A model generated the notes under the pieces. It was not told where the DNA came from, made no database searches, and worked only from the letters and a program-made list of their open reading frames with translations. Positions 55,934-64,000 of a stretch of 64,000 bases of DNA are shown here, piece by piece. Position 1 is the stretch's first letter. Every line of letters starts with the position of its first letter. A program made the position numbers and the translations under genes. The stretch lies in NCBI GenBank assembly GCA_018970425.1, contig JAGWWK010000001.1, positions 49,004-113,003 of the forward strand, given 5' to 3'. Source of the DNA: Patescibacteria group bacterium (GTDB lineage: Bacteria; Patescibacteriota; Minisyncoccia; Phycocordibacterales; Phycocordibacteraceae).

Positions 55934-57481
55934 CTAGATATTCAAAAGTTCTTTAACCCGCTGACGATCAACAGCCCAGAGGAACGTGCCAAGCCGCGGA
56001 CCAGTGTCTTGCCCTATGAGTAGCCTATATACGTCTTTAAAAAATGCCCGTTGCTCCTTTTTTAGGATTGCCTCATCTATGCCGGAGCGCTTCGGTATAT
56101 CGTAGACCAATACCTCAAGGTCACGGATAGACTCGCTGCCGGCATCACGAAGGGATTCGCGCAGTTTCAGAATTCTCGCTTTTTGCTCTTCTGACAGCGT
56201 GGTTGCATACGCGCTCTGCACTGACGCACAGAGCTCAACGCGCTCGTCGGGGTTGTACTTGGTGAGCCAGTTGCGTGCCAGTGAGAGGCGTCGCGAGACA
56301 CTCAGCACATCGTAGTTTAGATCCATTCCAGCAAGAAGATCCGCTAACTTAGTCGGCTGCCATTGCACAATCTGACCGAACCCCACTGCCTGGCGAAACG
56401 GGATCGGGTTTCCTGTATGGAGCGCGTCATACTCGTCGTACTGCCGGTAGATTTCGGTATCGAACGCAAGCTGAAACGCATGGTCGGGAGACCGCCTGAG
56501 GTAGAGCCAGGTAAGGAGTTCTGGCTCATAAATTTCAAGCAGCTCTAGTGGAGACACCGCATTTCCTTTTGAACCGGACATTTTAGCTCCGAGCCCCTGG
56601 AGACCGACAAACTTGTATTCAACAAATGTGGGAGCCGGGTACTTAAAAATGCGAGGTGCGATTGTAGACGCGACGTCGTAACTTCCGCCCGGAGATGCGT
56701 GATCATGCCCGCCAGGCTCAAATACAACTGATTCGTGCTTCCAACGCATCGGCCAATCCACCTTCCACGCAAGCTTTGCGATTCGCTCTTTAGAAAGGTC
56801 TACGGTGTCCGTCTTTCCAGTGTCGATACAGTAGTATGTGACGGTTGAAGCGCCGTCGTACGACTGAATCTTCGTGGTGTCTTTTCCCGTAAACCGCGAG
56901 TAGAGCGCGATCGGGTAGTACGTAGCGCGGAACTCACTCGGCTCGATACCCTTTTCTGACTTTCCTTTTTCAGTCATAAAAGAGAGGAGAATATCTGCGA
57001 TTACTTCCCGATTCTGTAGTGCGTGCGTAATTGCGGCATCATATGCTCCAGACTCGTACGCCTCTGTCTGATTGCGGTACTCTATGGGCATCGATAATTG
57101 CCGCATCGCCTCTTCAAATGGCGCCTCAAAATGCTGCGCGTATGAGGCGTGGCATCCAAACGGATCAGGAATCTTAGACAGCGGCTTGCCAATGTGCTCC
57201 GCAAACGACTCAGGCACGCCAGCTGGCACTTTTCTCAGCCGATCAAAGTTGTCCCAAGAAAATAGGAGTCGCGCTTTTTTTCCCTTCTCAGTTAACGCGC
57301 GGTACACCTCGTACGATGTACTGATGTCGCGAAAATTGCCGAAGTGTACTACCCCGGACGGACTGATCCCTGCGGCGCAGGTGTACTCTAACGCATCGGG
57401 ATGCGCGGTGATAATGACATCAGCAACGGCACTGCCCCAGTGAATTCCGTGAGGTACTTGGCTGAGATCAAATCGCGCCAT
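55934..57481 (-). CDS. lysS: Lysine--tRNA ligase, class I
   Basis: HW, GISPSGVVHFGN, DRLRKVP, KLAWKVDWPMRW, KMSGSKG, GPRLG. Confidence 0.93.
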   Translation of the reverse strand: MARFDLSQVPHGIHWGSAVADVIITAHPDALEYTCAAGISPSGVVHFGNFRDISTSYEVYRALTEKGKKARLLFSWDNFDRLRKVPAGVPESFAEHIGKPLSKIPDPFGCHASYAQHFEAPFEEAMRQLSMPIEYRNQTEAYESGAYDAAITHALQNREVIADILLSFMTEKGKSEKGIEPSEFRATYYPIALYSRFTGKDTTKIQSYDGASTVTYYCIDTGKTDTVDLSKERIAKLAWKVDWPMRWKHESVVFEPGGHDHASPGGSYDVASTIAPRIFKYPAPTFVEYKFVGLQGLGAKMSGSKGNAVSPLELLEIYEPELLTWLYLRRSPDHAFQLAFDTEIYRQYDEYDALHTGNPIPFRQAVGFGQIVQWQPTKLADLLAGMDLNYDVLSVSRRLSLARNWLTKYNPDERVELCASVQSAYATTLSEEQKARILKLRESLRDAGSESIRDLEVLVYDIPKRSGIDEAILKKEQRAFFKDVYRLLIGQDTGPRLGTFLWAVDRQRVKELLNI

Positions 57482-57485
57482 GAGT

Positions 57486-57968
57486 TTAGGCGATATCGAC
57501 TATCGTGTACTCCTGCCTGCCGTTTGGTGTCGTAAAGGTAAACGTCTCCCCTTTTTTCTTATTCATGAGTGCCTCTCCCATGGGCGAGAGATGGCTTATT
57601 TTCTTTTCACGCATATCTGCCTCCTCACTCCCTACTATCGTGTAGGTATGGTCCGCCTTGTCACCCTTCTTGCGTATGGTCACCTTTGATCCGAAACCAA
57701 CAACGCCCTTCTTTTTTTCTGAAATGATGACCGCAGACTTTACTAGGCCCTCAAGGCGCCGAATGCGCTCCTCCGTAGCCGCCTGGAGCTCGCGCGCCGC
57801 ATGGTACTCGGCGTTCTCTGAGAGATCGCCGAGAGAGCGTGCGTATTCGAGAGACTCTGCAATTTCTTTTCGCGCCACCGTTATGAGCTCGTTGAGCTCG
57901 GTTTTGAGTTCATCAAATTTCTCCTGCGTCAGCATGTGATCAGACGCATCAGATTTTTTTTGTACCAT
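57486..57968 (-). CDS. greA: Transcription elongation factor GreA
   Basis: GDLSENAEY, IVGSEEAD, ISHLSPMG. Confidence 0.96.
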   Translation of the reverse strand: MVQKKSDASDHMLTQEKFDELKTELNELITVARKEIAESLEYARSLGDLSENAEYHAARELQAATEERIRRLEGLVKSAVIISEKKKGVVGFGSKVTIRKKGDKADHTYTIVGSEEADMREKKISHLSPMGEALMNKKKGETFTFTTPNGRQEYTIVDIA

Positions 57969-57998
57969 CGCGCTATTGTACCAAGTGTAGTATGCGGG

Positions 57999-59681
57999 TC
58001 AATCAGCGCGTAGCATCTGAGGACGGTGGACGGCAATCCACTCAAGGATGGCGCGCATCGCAGCCGGAGCGCCTTGCATAGTACCTGCCGGCGCGCGCTC
58101 GAGCACAACCGCAAACGCGAACTTAGGTGCATCAAACGGGAAAAAACCGATAATAAGGGAGTTTATAAATTCCTTTCGCACACCTGTTTCAGCTGTTCCT
58201 GTTTTGGCGGCTATCTCTGCACCTGAAATGATGAGAGCTTTCGCGGTGCCATCAGTTACCGCGTCGCGCATCCCCTCATTTACTACGCGAAGATACTCCG
58301 GGCGGAGTGAAATAGTTGTTGCTTCAGTAGGCGCATCTCGGAGAATGGTTGGCGTCAGGAGTGTACCGCCGTTCGCAAGAGCCGCGGTCGCGCGCAGGGA
58401 TTGTAGGAGCGTTACCTGCCAACCATACTGACCGATGGAAGTGTTGTACGTATCACCGACGCGCCATACATCTTCCCCAAACACATCTGCCTTCCACGCA
58501 GGCGTAGGGACAACGCCTGCGGGTTCATCCTCAAGTGGAAACCCTGTCTTCGAGCCGAAGCCAAACAGCGCCGCATATCGGTCGATGGCAGAAATACCGA
58601 GCCCACGATGCGATTCGAATCCACCACCGATGATATAAAAATAGACATCGGATGAAACGGCGATCGCGCGCCTCATATCAGTTGCGCCGTGAGCTCGCCA
58701 GTCTTTAAAAATTGTCGGCTTCGATGGATCGTAGGGATTAGGAATAACCAGCTTTCCCGTAGAGACATACGTAGTTTGCGGGGTAGCAACTCCCTCCTGA
58801 AGCGCCGCGAGCGCTAAGAACGGCTTTACGATTGATCCTGGGGTGTAGAGACCAGAAATAGCACGATCAACAAACGGGCCACGCGCATCTTGTAGATACG
58901 CGGCTATGATCTCGCGCGGCTCGCCGGCGGAGAGAACTTTTGGGTCGTACGATGGGTAGCTTGCGAGCGCGTACAGTTCACCAGTCTCGACATCCATAAT
59001 CGCCGCCGCTCCGCCCTTAAACGATGCGTCTACGCGATCTTTGATTGCGGAAAATACGGCGGATTGCAGTTCGGCGTCAATCGACAGGGCAAGGTCATCG
59101 CCTGGAATAGCAGGTCGAACGATTGCACCTGATGTGCTCTTTCCGGTCGCATCGAGTTCGTGAAGCATTGAACCGTTTTTCCCGCGTAATCGATCGTTGT
59201 ACAACGCTTCAACGCCACCGAGTCCGATCATCTCGTCTTGGAACCAAAAGCCCTTCGCATCCTTCTTAGGGTATGACACGTACCCTGTTACATGAGCCGC
59301 TGCCTCGCCTAGCACATACCTGCGCTCTACTTTCTCGCTTGAGGTTCCTACGTTCTCAACAAGCGGAGCACCGCTACGATCCGTTATAATTCCGCGATCC
59401 GCAAGAATCGTATGCGCCTCAAGGCGATTATCCAAGGCCCATGCTGCGTAGAAATCGTGACGCGCAACCGAAAGCATAAATGTCTGAATGAGGACAGCCG
59501 CAGCAAGCACAGTTGCTGCTGCGAGGACGGCCTTGTATACGCGTTTTGAGAGCGGTTTTTCAATGCGACCCTCAAGGTGCGCAGCATCAAACGCAGGCAG
59601 ATTAGCCGACTCAATGAGAATCTCGTCCGGCTCGACCGCTGAGTACTTTTTCGCCCTAAATGAAGGTAGGCCGCGACGCAT
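57999..59681 (-). CDS. mrdA: Penicillin-binding protein 2 (elongasome)
   Basis: PGSIVK, SSD, KTGTAE; follows mreBCD. Confidence 0.88.
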   Translation of the reverse strand: MRRGLPSFRAKKYSAVEPDEILIESANLPAFDAAHLEGRIEKPLSKRVYKAVLAAATVLAAAVLIQTFMLSVARHDFYAAWALDNRLEAHTILADRGIITDRSGAPLVENVGTSSEKVERRYVLGEAAAHVTGYVSYPKKDAKGFWFQDEMIGLGGVEALYNDRLRGKNGSMLHELDATGKSTSGAIVRPAIPGDDLALSIDAELQSAVFSAIKDRVDASFKGGAAAIMDVETGELYALASYPSYDPKVLSAGEPREIIAAYLQDARGPFVDRAISGLYTPGSIVKPFLALAALQEGVATPQTTYVSTGKLVIPNPYDPSKPTIFKDWRAHGATDMRRAIAVSSDVYFYIIGGGFESHRGLGISAIDRYAALFGFGSKTGFPLEDEPAGVVPTPAWKADVFGEDVWRVGDTYNTSIGQYGWQVTLLQSLRATAALANGGTLLTPTILRDAPTEATTISLRPEYLRVVNEGMRDAVTDGTAKALIISGAEIAAKTGTAETGVRKEFINSLIIGFFPFDAPKFAFAVVLERAPAGTMQGAPAAMRAILEWIAVHRPQMLRAD

Positions 59682-59682
59682 G

Positions 59683-59931
59683 TCAGGTGAGAAGACGGGA
59701 CTGAATGGCCGCTGCGCCCACACTCATCGCGGTGCACAGCGCCGTGTAGACGATAGGGACCCCTCCCGCGGAAAATGGGGTGCCGAACGTCGCGTCGAGG
59801 AGTACCCCGCCGAGGATAGCAACGAGTGATCCGTACGGAAGACAAACGACATATACCGCAAGCAGCATACTTACCCAGGCGGGTACTACAAACACGGAAA
59901 CTATAAATGCCACGAACACGGCGTAGTTCAT
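59683..59931 (-). CDS. Short MreD-like membrane protein
   Basis: 82 aa hydrophobic, GGVLLD motif, between mreC and pbp2. Confidence 0.6.
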   Translation of the reverse strand: MNYAVFVAFIVSVFVVPAWVSMLLAVYVVCLPYGSLVAILGGVLLDATFGTPFSAGGVPIVYTALCTAMSVGAAAIQSRLLT

Positions 59932-60668
59932 GGTGCTCGAACAAATGAAACAATACGGATTGCATTCGGCGCGATCGGGAGCGCGATGTACGCGACAGCT
60001 TCAGCATCGGTATCGCGACTCGCGACCAATGTCACAACGCCGAGCACCGCGTCAGTTCGCATATCGCGCACTATCGCACCCGCCTCTAGAACGAGGTCGC
60101 GCGGTACGCGCGCAGTGAACGATCCCCCACCGGTCCCCCGCGCGAGGATAATGCCCTGCTCCTCGCCAATGCGCACATCACGCTCAGAGCCGGGCGATGA
60201 AAAGAGCTGCACGAGAGCGGTCGAATCGCGTACTTCAGTTACCGTACCGAGGGCAAGCGTGTCAGCAAACACAGTGTCACCAATCATGACATCTCGCGCA
60301 TCAGATAGTGATACAAGTAACGTATCGTAGTGCGTGCGCGGCGGAGCCGCGATTACGCGTGCGGAGCCGGTAGCGTCCATGCGCCGGAGCCCGAGATCAC
60401 GCTGAAGACGCGAGTTTTCTACAAGTGCCGCCTCATAGAGCACGGTCTGATAGCGCGTGCGTAAAAGCTCGGTTTCGAGCGTATCGATCCGCTCAACAAG
60501 TGCGCTCCGAGGCATGAGCGCGTCGGCATTCGGTATCGCACCCATGAACCATCCCGCGACACTGCCAATGTCACTTCTAAAGAGTATGCCGAGCGCAATC
60601 ATACAAAACGCTACGCCGGCGAGAACCACCGGCGGGGGCAATTTAAAACGGCGTCGTGCTCTCATCAT
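59928..60668 (-). CDS. mreC: Rod shape protein MreC
   Basis: TM, EN..L...L, YDTLLV, G.V..V beta domains; follows mreB. Confidence 0.85.
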   Translation of the reverse strand: MMRARRRFKLPPPVVLAGVAFCMIALGILFRSDIGSVAGWFMGAIPNADALMPRSALVERIDTLETELLRTRYQTVLYEAALVENSRLQRDLGLRRMDATGSARVIAAPPRTHYDTLLVSLSDARDVMIGDTVFADTLALGTVTEVRDSTALVQLFSSPGSERDVRIGEEQGIILARGTGGGSFTARVPRDLVLEAGAIVRDMRTDAVLGVVTLVASRDTDAEAVAYIALPIAPNAIRIVSFVRAP

Positions 60669-61704
60669 CTTCTAGTAGCATACCGCGATGCTTCGCGAGA
60701 TCCTCAAGAACGATACCGGTGCCGCGTACCACGGTCGTGAGCGGATCATCAACAATATGTATCGGTACGCGAAGCTCTTCCGCCATCCGCTCAGGCAAGC
60801 CACGTAGGAGCGCTCCACCGCCCGTTACATACATGCCGAGACGCATTACATCGGCAACCACTTCAGGTGGCGCGGTCTCGAGCACCTCTTTGATCGCTTC
60901 AAGAATAGACTGGATTGACGCACCAATCGCCTCGCGCACATCGGTGTCAGTAACAACTATTTCACGCGGGAGACCAGTCACTAGATCGCGCCCGCGAATA
61001 GTGGCCTGGAGTGGTTGTGCGGGCTTTAGCGCGGTACCGACAGCAATCTTTACATCTTCTGCCGTTCGCTCGCCGATCAGGATTTTAAATTCACTGCGCA
61101 CATACCCGGCAATGTCTTGGTTCAGTGTATCGCCCGCGATGCGCAGATTCTTTGAGCGGACGATTCCTCCCATGGAGAGGAGCGCAATGTCTGTCGTCCC
61201 ACCACCGATGTCTACAATCATGGTACCGACCGGTTCACTAATCGGGAGCTTAGCGCCAAGAGCGGCGGCCATCGGCTCCTCAATAATGTGTACCTCCCGC
61301 GCGCCGGCATTGCGCGCAGCATCGCGCACCGCGCGTGTCTCAACGGTCGTCAGACCGCTTGGCACCCCAATAACCACACGCGGACCAAGTGGTGTTTTTT
61401 CGAGCTGCGCCTTCTGCATCAAGTACGCGAGCATTTCCTCAGTTACTTCAAAGTCTGATACTACACCCTCAACAAGGGGGCGAACCGCGGCAATGTGGCC
61501 AGGAGTTCGTCCGAGCATATCTTTCGCCTGCTGGCCGATTGCGACAACTTGTCCTGTTTTTTGATTCACCGCGACAACTGACGGCTCCGTTACCACTATG
61601 CCCTTTCCTTTTAGGTAGACAAGCGTGTTAGCCGTTCCGAGATCAATCCCAATATCGCGACTGAATCGTGCAGTGATTGATGACGGTAGAGTCAAAAGTG
61701 CCAT
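60643..61704 (-). CDS. mreB: Rod shape protein MreB
   Basis: GIDLGTANT, EEPMAAA, DIGGGTT, TGGGALL. Confidence 0.96.
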   Translation of the reverse strand: MALLTLPSSITARFSRDIGIDLGTANTLVYLKGKGIVVTEPSVVAVNQKTGQVVAIGQQAKDMLGRTPGHIAAVRPLVEGVVSDFEVTEEMLAYLMQKAQLEKTPLGPRVVIGVPSGLTTVETRAVRDAARNAGAREVHIIEEPMAAALGAKLPISEPVGTMIVDIGGGTTDIALLSMGGIVRSKNLRIAGDTLNQDIAGYVRSEFKILIGERTAEDVKIAVGTALKPAQPLQATIRGRDLVTGLPREIVVTDTDVREAIGASIQSILEAIKEVLETAPPEVVADVMRLGMYVTGGGALLRGLPERMAEELRVPIHIVDDPLTTVVRGTGIVLEDLAKHRGMLLEDDESTTPF

Positions 61705-62939
61705 GCACCTTTCAGTATCGCATCGCGCGAGACTTTCGTCACGGTACCGTCCTTGCGCCGTACGACTTCTATACTGTCGGGCGTTGACTGCTTGCCAATA
61801 ACAATGCGGAATGGAATTCCGATGAGATCTGAATCGGCAAACTTCTCACCCGCGCGGAGATCTCTGTCATCGTAGAGCACATCCGTACCCGCGCGCAGAA
61901 GGTCGCTGTAGAGCGCCTCTACAAACTCTTTCTTATCTGAATCGGATCCGGATAGATCTACGAGATGCACTGCAAACGGAGCAACGCTCTCTGGCCAGAC
62001 GATTCCGGCGGCATCCGCATGCTTTTCAACTATGACGCCCATCGTGCGCGTCGTTCCAAAACCAAAACATCCGACAATCGGGTACTGCGCCTCGCCGTGC
62101 GCGTCAGTAAAGGTAAAGTCGAACGCTTTCGGGTACTTCTGTCCAAGATCGAACACATTTCCAACTTCTGAGGCGCGTGCCTTCTTGAGCGTGCTCTGGC
62201 CGCATTTTGTACAAAGATCACCTTCAGCCTCAGATGAAACCTCGACATTGGCGCAGTGAGAGCAAGTATCGCAGTACACGATGTCGTCTTCTCCCGCGTC
62301 AGTAAGGACCATGAACTCATACGACAACTTTTCGCTAAAGCTGCCGCCAGACGCTTCCGTGGCCTTGGCGATGAGTCCGCACTCGCTAAAGGCGCGGAAG
62401 TACGCCTCTTGTACCACACGGTAGTATCGATCAAAGTCTTCCTGTGTTGCGTGAAAGCTGTATAAATCTTTCATCCCGAACTCGCGACCGCGCATAATGC
62501 CGCTTTTCGCGCGGAGCTCGTCACGGTACTTCTGGCCGATTTGATAAATCGCGAGTGGGAGGTCTTTGTACGAGAGCGCATACTCTTTTGCGATCGGCGT
62601 GGCTATCTCCTCTTCACTTTGTCCGAGCGCATACTCCTTTTCCGTACGGCTCATAATTTTAAATAGTACGTCTACCCCGTCCCACGCGCCGGTCTGCTTC
62701 CACGGCTCGGACGGGTGCAGTGTTGCGAAGCGATTTTCCTGGGCGCCGATCGCGTTCATTTCACGGCGGATTATGCCTTCAATCTTTGAAAGCACGCGTA
62801 CGCCGAGCGGGAGGTAGGAGTACACTCCCGCCATTTCCTTGTGGACGAATCCGGCGCGTATGAGGAGCTGAGCATTTTTAGACACCTCATCCGCGGGTGC
62901 TTCTTTTCTCGTTTTTGTGAATAGGTGTGATTGCCGCAT
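61692..62939 (-). CDS. proS: Proline--tRNA ligase (short form without editing domain)
   Basis: MRQSHLF, LIRAGF, YRDELR..GIMRGREF.MKD, EVGNVF, DLIGIP. Confidence 0.94.
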   Translation of the reverse strand: MRQSHLFTKTRKEAPADEVSKNAQLLIRAGFVHKEMAGVYSYLPLGVRVLSKIEGIIRREMNAIGAQENRFATLHPSEPWKQTGAWDGVDVLFKIMSRTEKEYALGQSEEEIATPIAKEYALSYKDLPLAIYQIGQKYRDELRAKSGIMRGREFGMKDLYSFHATQEDFDRYYRVVQEAYFRAFSECGLIAKATEASGGSFSEKLSYEFMVLTDAGEDDIVYCDTCSHCANVEVSSEAEGDLCTKCGQSTLKKARASEVGNVFDLGQKYPKAFDFTFTDAHGEAQYPIVGCFGFGTTRTMGVIVEKHADAAGIVWPESVAPFAVHLVDLSGSDSDKKEFVEALYSDLLRAGTDVLYDDRDLRAGEKFADSDLIGIPFRIVIGKQSTPDSIEVVRRKDGTVTKVSRDAILKGAWHF

Positions 62940-62983
62940 GTATCAAAGTATACGGTGAAACGCGGCCCCACGGAAGCAGGAGT

Positions 62984-64000
62984 TTACGAGCCGAGTACGC
63001 GAAGTATGTCGTTCCAGGTCACCACCACCATAAGAACGATGAGGATGCTGAACCCGAGCGCATTCAACAGCTGAGCAGTCTCTGTGCGCACCTCCCGGCC
63101 GCGCGCCGCCTCGTATCCGATCACCGCGAGTCGTCCTCCGTCGAGCGCAGGAAACGGTAGTAAATTGAGGATGCCGAGATTGAGCGATATGAGCGCCATA
63201 AACGCAAGCACCTGCCCAACGCCAAACTGAAGCGCTGTACCGGTCATCGACGCAATGCCAACGGGCCCGGCAACGCTCTCGAGCGATGCACTGCCGACAA
63301 ACGCTCCGTACACGAGAGAGCCGAAGCCCACAACTATCGCGCCCATGCTTGAGAGTGTTGCCTCCGCAGCGCGTACGAGTGCGGTGAGGGGGTCATACGC
63401 AACGAGCCCAAGACGCACGGTCATAACGCCGATAGCCGGTAGCTCTGGCTCATCTTGGACTATGCCGGTTTCTGGCGTTAGCGCATACGTATACGGCATC
63501 CCATCGCGCACTCCGGTAAGCTCAATTGGAGCACCGCGCATCACCGCGTCGGAAAGATCTGTCGGTCGCTCAAGGGGAACTGTAAAGCCGCCCTGCGTAA
63601 CCGACTGAAGCGTGTCACCCGCGCGCACACCCGCGAGCGCCGCAGGGCTTCCCGGAAGCACCGCGGTCACCACAATCGCAGGATTTGTAACTCCATGCGG
63701 CGGCGCTTCAGATTCCGGAGTCGGAATGCCGACCATAAACGCAATCCAAAACGCTATGAACGCGATGACAATGTTCGCGGCAGGGCCCGCGACAATCACA
63801 CCGGCCTGTGCGAGCTTTGACTTCTGTCGGAATGCGCTCGGATGCGTAGCATCACCGTCCTCGCCCTCAATACGCACGAATCCTCCGAACAAAAATGCGT
63901 TCACCGAGTACTCAGTTCGTCCGATGACCGTGCTCCAAAGTTTAGGAGGAAATCCTATTCCGAATTCCGGAACACTCATGCCGGCCCGCTTTGCCGCGAG
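62984..64000 (-). CDS. rseP: RseP-like M50 intramembrane protease with PDZ (5'-truncated)
   Basis: EFGIGF, GGFVRI, AGPAAN, NLLPFPALDGG. Confidence 0.92.
   Translation of the reverse strand, partial: LAAKRAGMSVPEFGIGFPPKLWSTVIGRTEYSVNAFLFGGFVRIEGEDGDATHPSAFRQKSKLAQAGVIVAGPAANIVIAFIAFWIAFMVGIPTPESEAPPHGVTNPAIVVTAVLPGSPAALAGVRAGDTLQSVTQGGFTVPLERPTDLSDAVMRGAPIELTGVRDGMPYTYALTPETGIVQDEPELPAIGVMTVRLGLVAYDPLTALVRAAEATLSSMGAIVVGFGSLVYGAFVGSASLESVAGPVGIASMTGTALQFGVGQVLAFMALISLNLGILNLLPFPALDGGRLAVIGYEAARGREVRTETAQLLNALGFSILIVLMVVVTWNDILRVLGS

Overview
A 64-kb, gene-dense chromosomal segment from a reduced-genome bacterium. It is most consistent with Patescibacteria/CPR, Parcubacteria-like: streamlined aaRSs, class I LysRS, non-discriminating AspRS, split dcw clusters, CPR-type hypotheticals, L9 present and standard code 11. 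It is mostly housekeeping: leuS (partial), mltG, mnmA, ung, peptidases, alaS, the infA-rpmJ-rpsMKD-rpoA-rplQ-rplM-rpsI operon, grpE-dnaK-dnaJ, trpS, aspS, scpAB, mraY-ftsW-murG, gltX, rpmA, rplI, dnaB-recR, rplU, rmuC, tRNA-Glu, mraZ-rsmH-ftsL-ftsI-murF, greA-lysS, mreBCD-pbp2, proS and rseP (partial). Five things stand out. (1) A -10 hexamer (TAnnnT) sits 6-7 nt upstream of more than 20 start codons, implying widespread leaderless mRNAs and very compact divergent promoters. (2) An AT-richer islet encodes an acyltransferase, an acyl-ACP-reductase-like enzyme, an orphan 7TM histidine kinase and two micro-peptides. (3) Small orphan two-TM proteins are scattered between core genes, several as self-contained promoter-ORF-terminator units. 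(4) One of these sits beside a decayed duplicate of the rmuC 5' end that appears to record its insertion. (5) The tRNA-Glu trailer is complementary to the tRNA's own T-arm. No CRISPR array, integrase, transposase or prophage was seen. Family assignments come from motif recognition by eye, not database searches.
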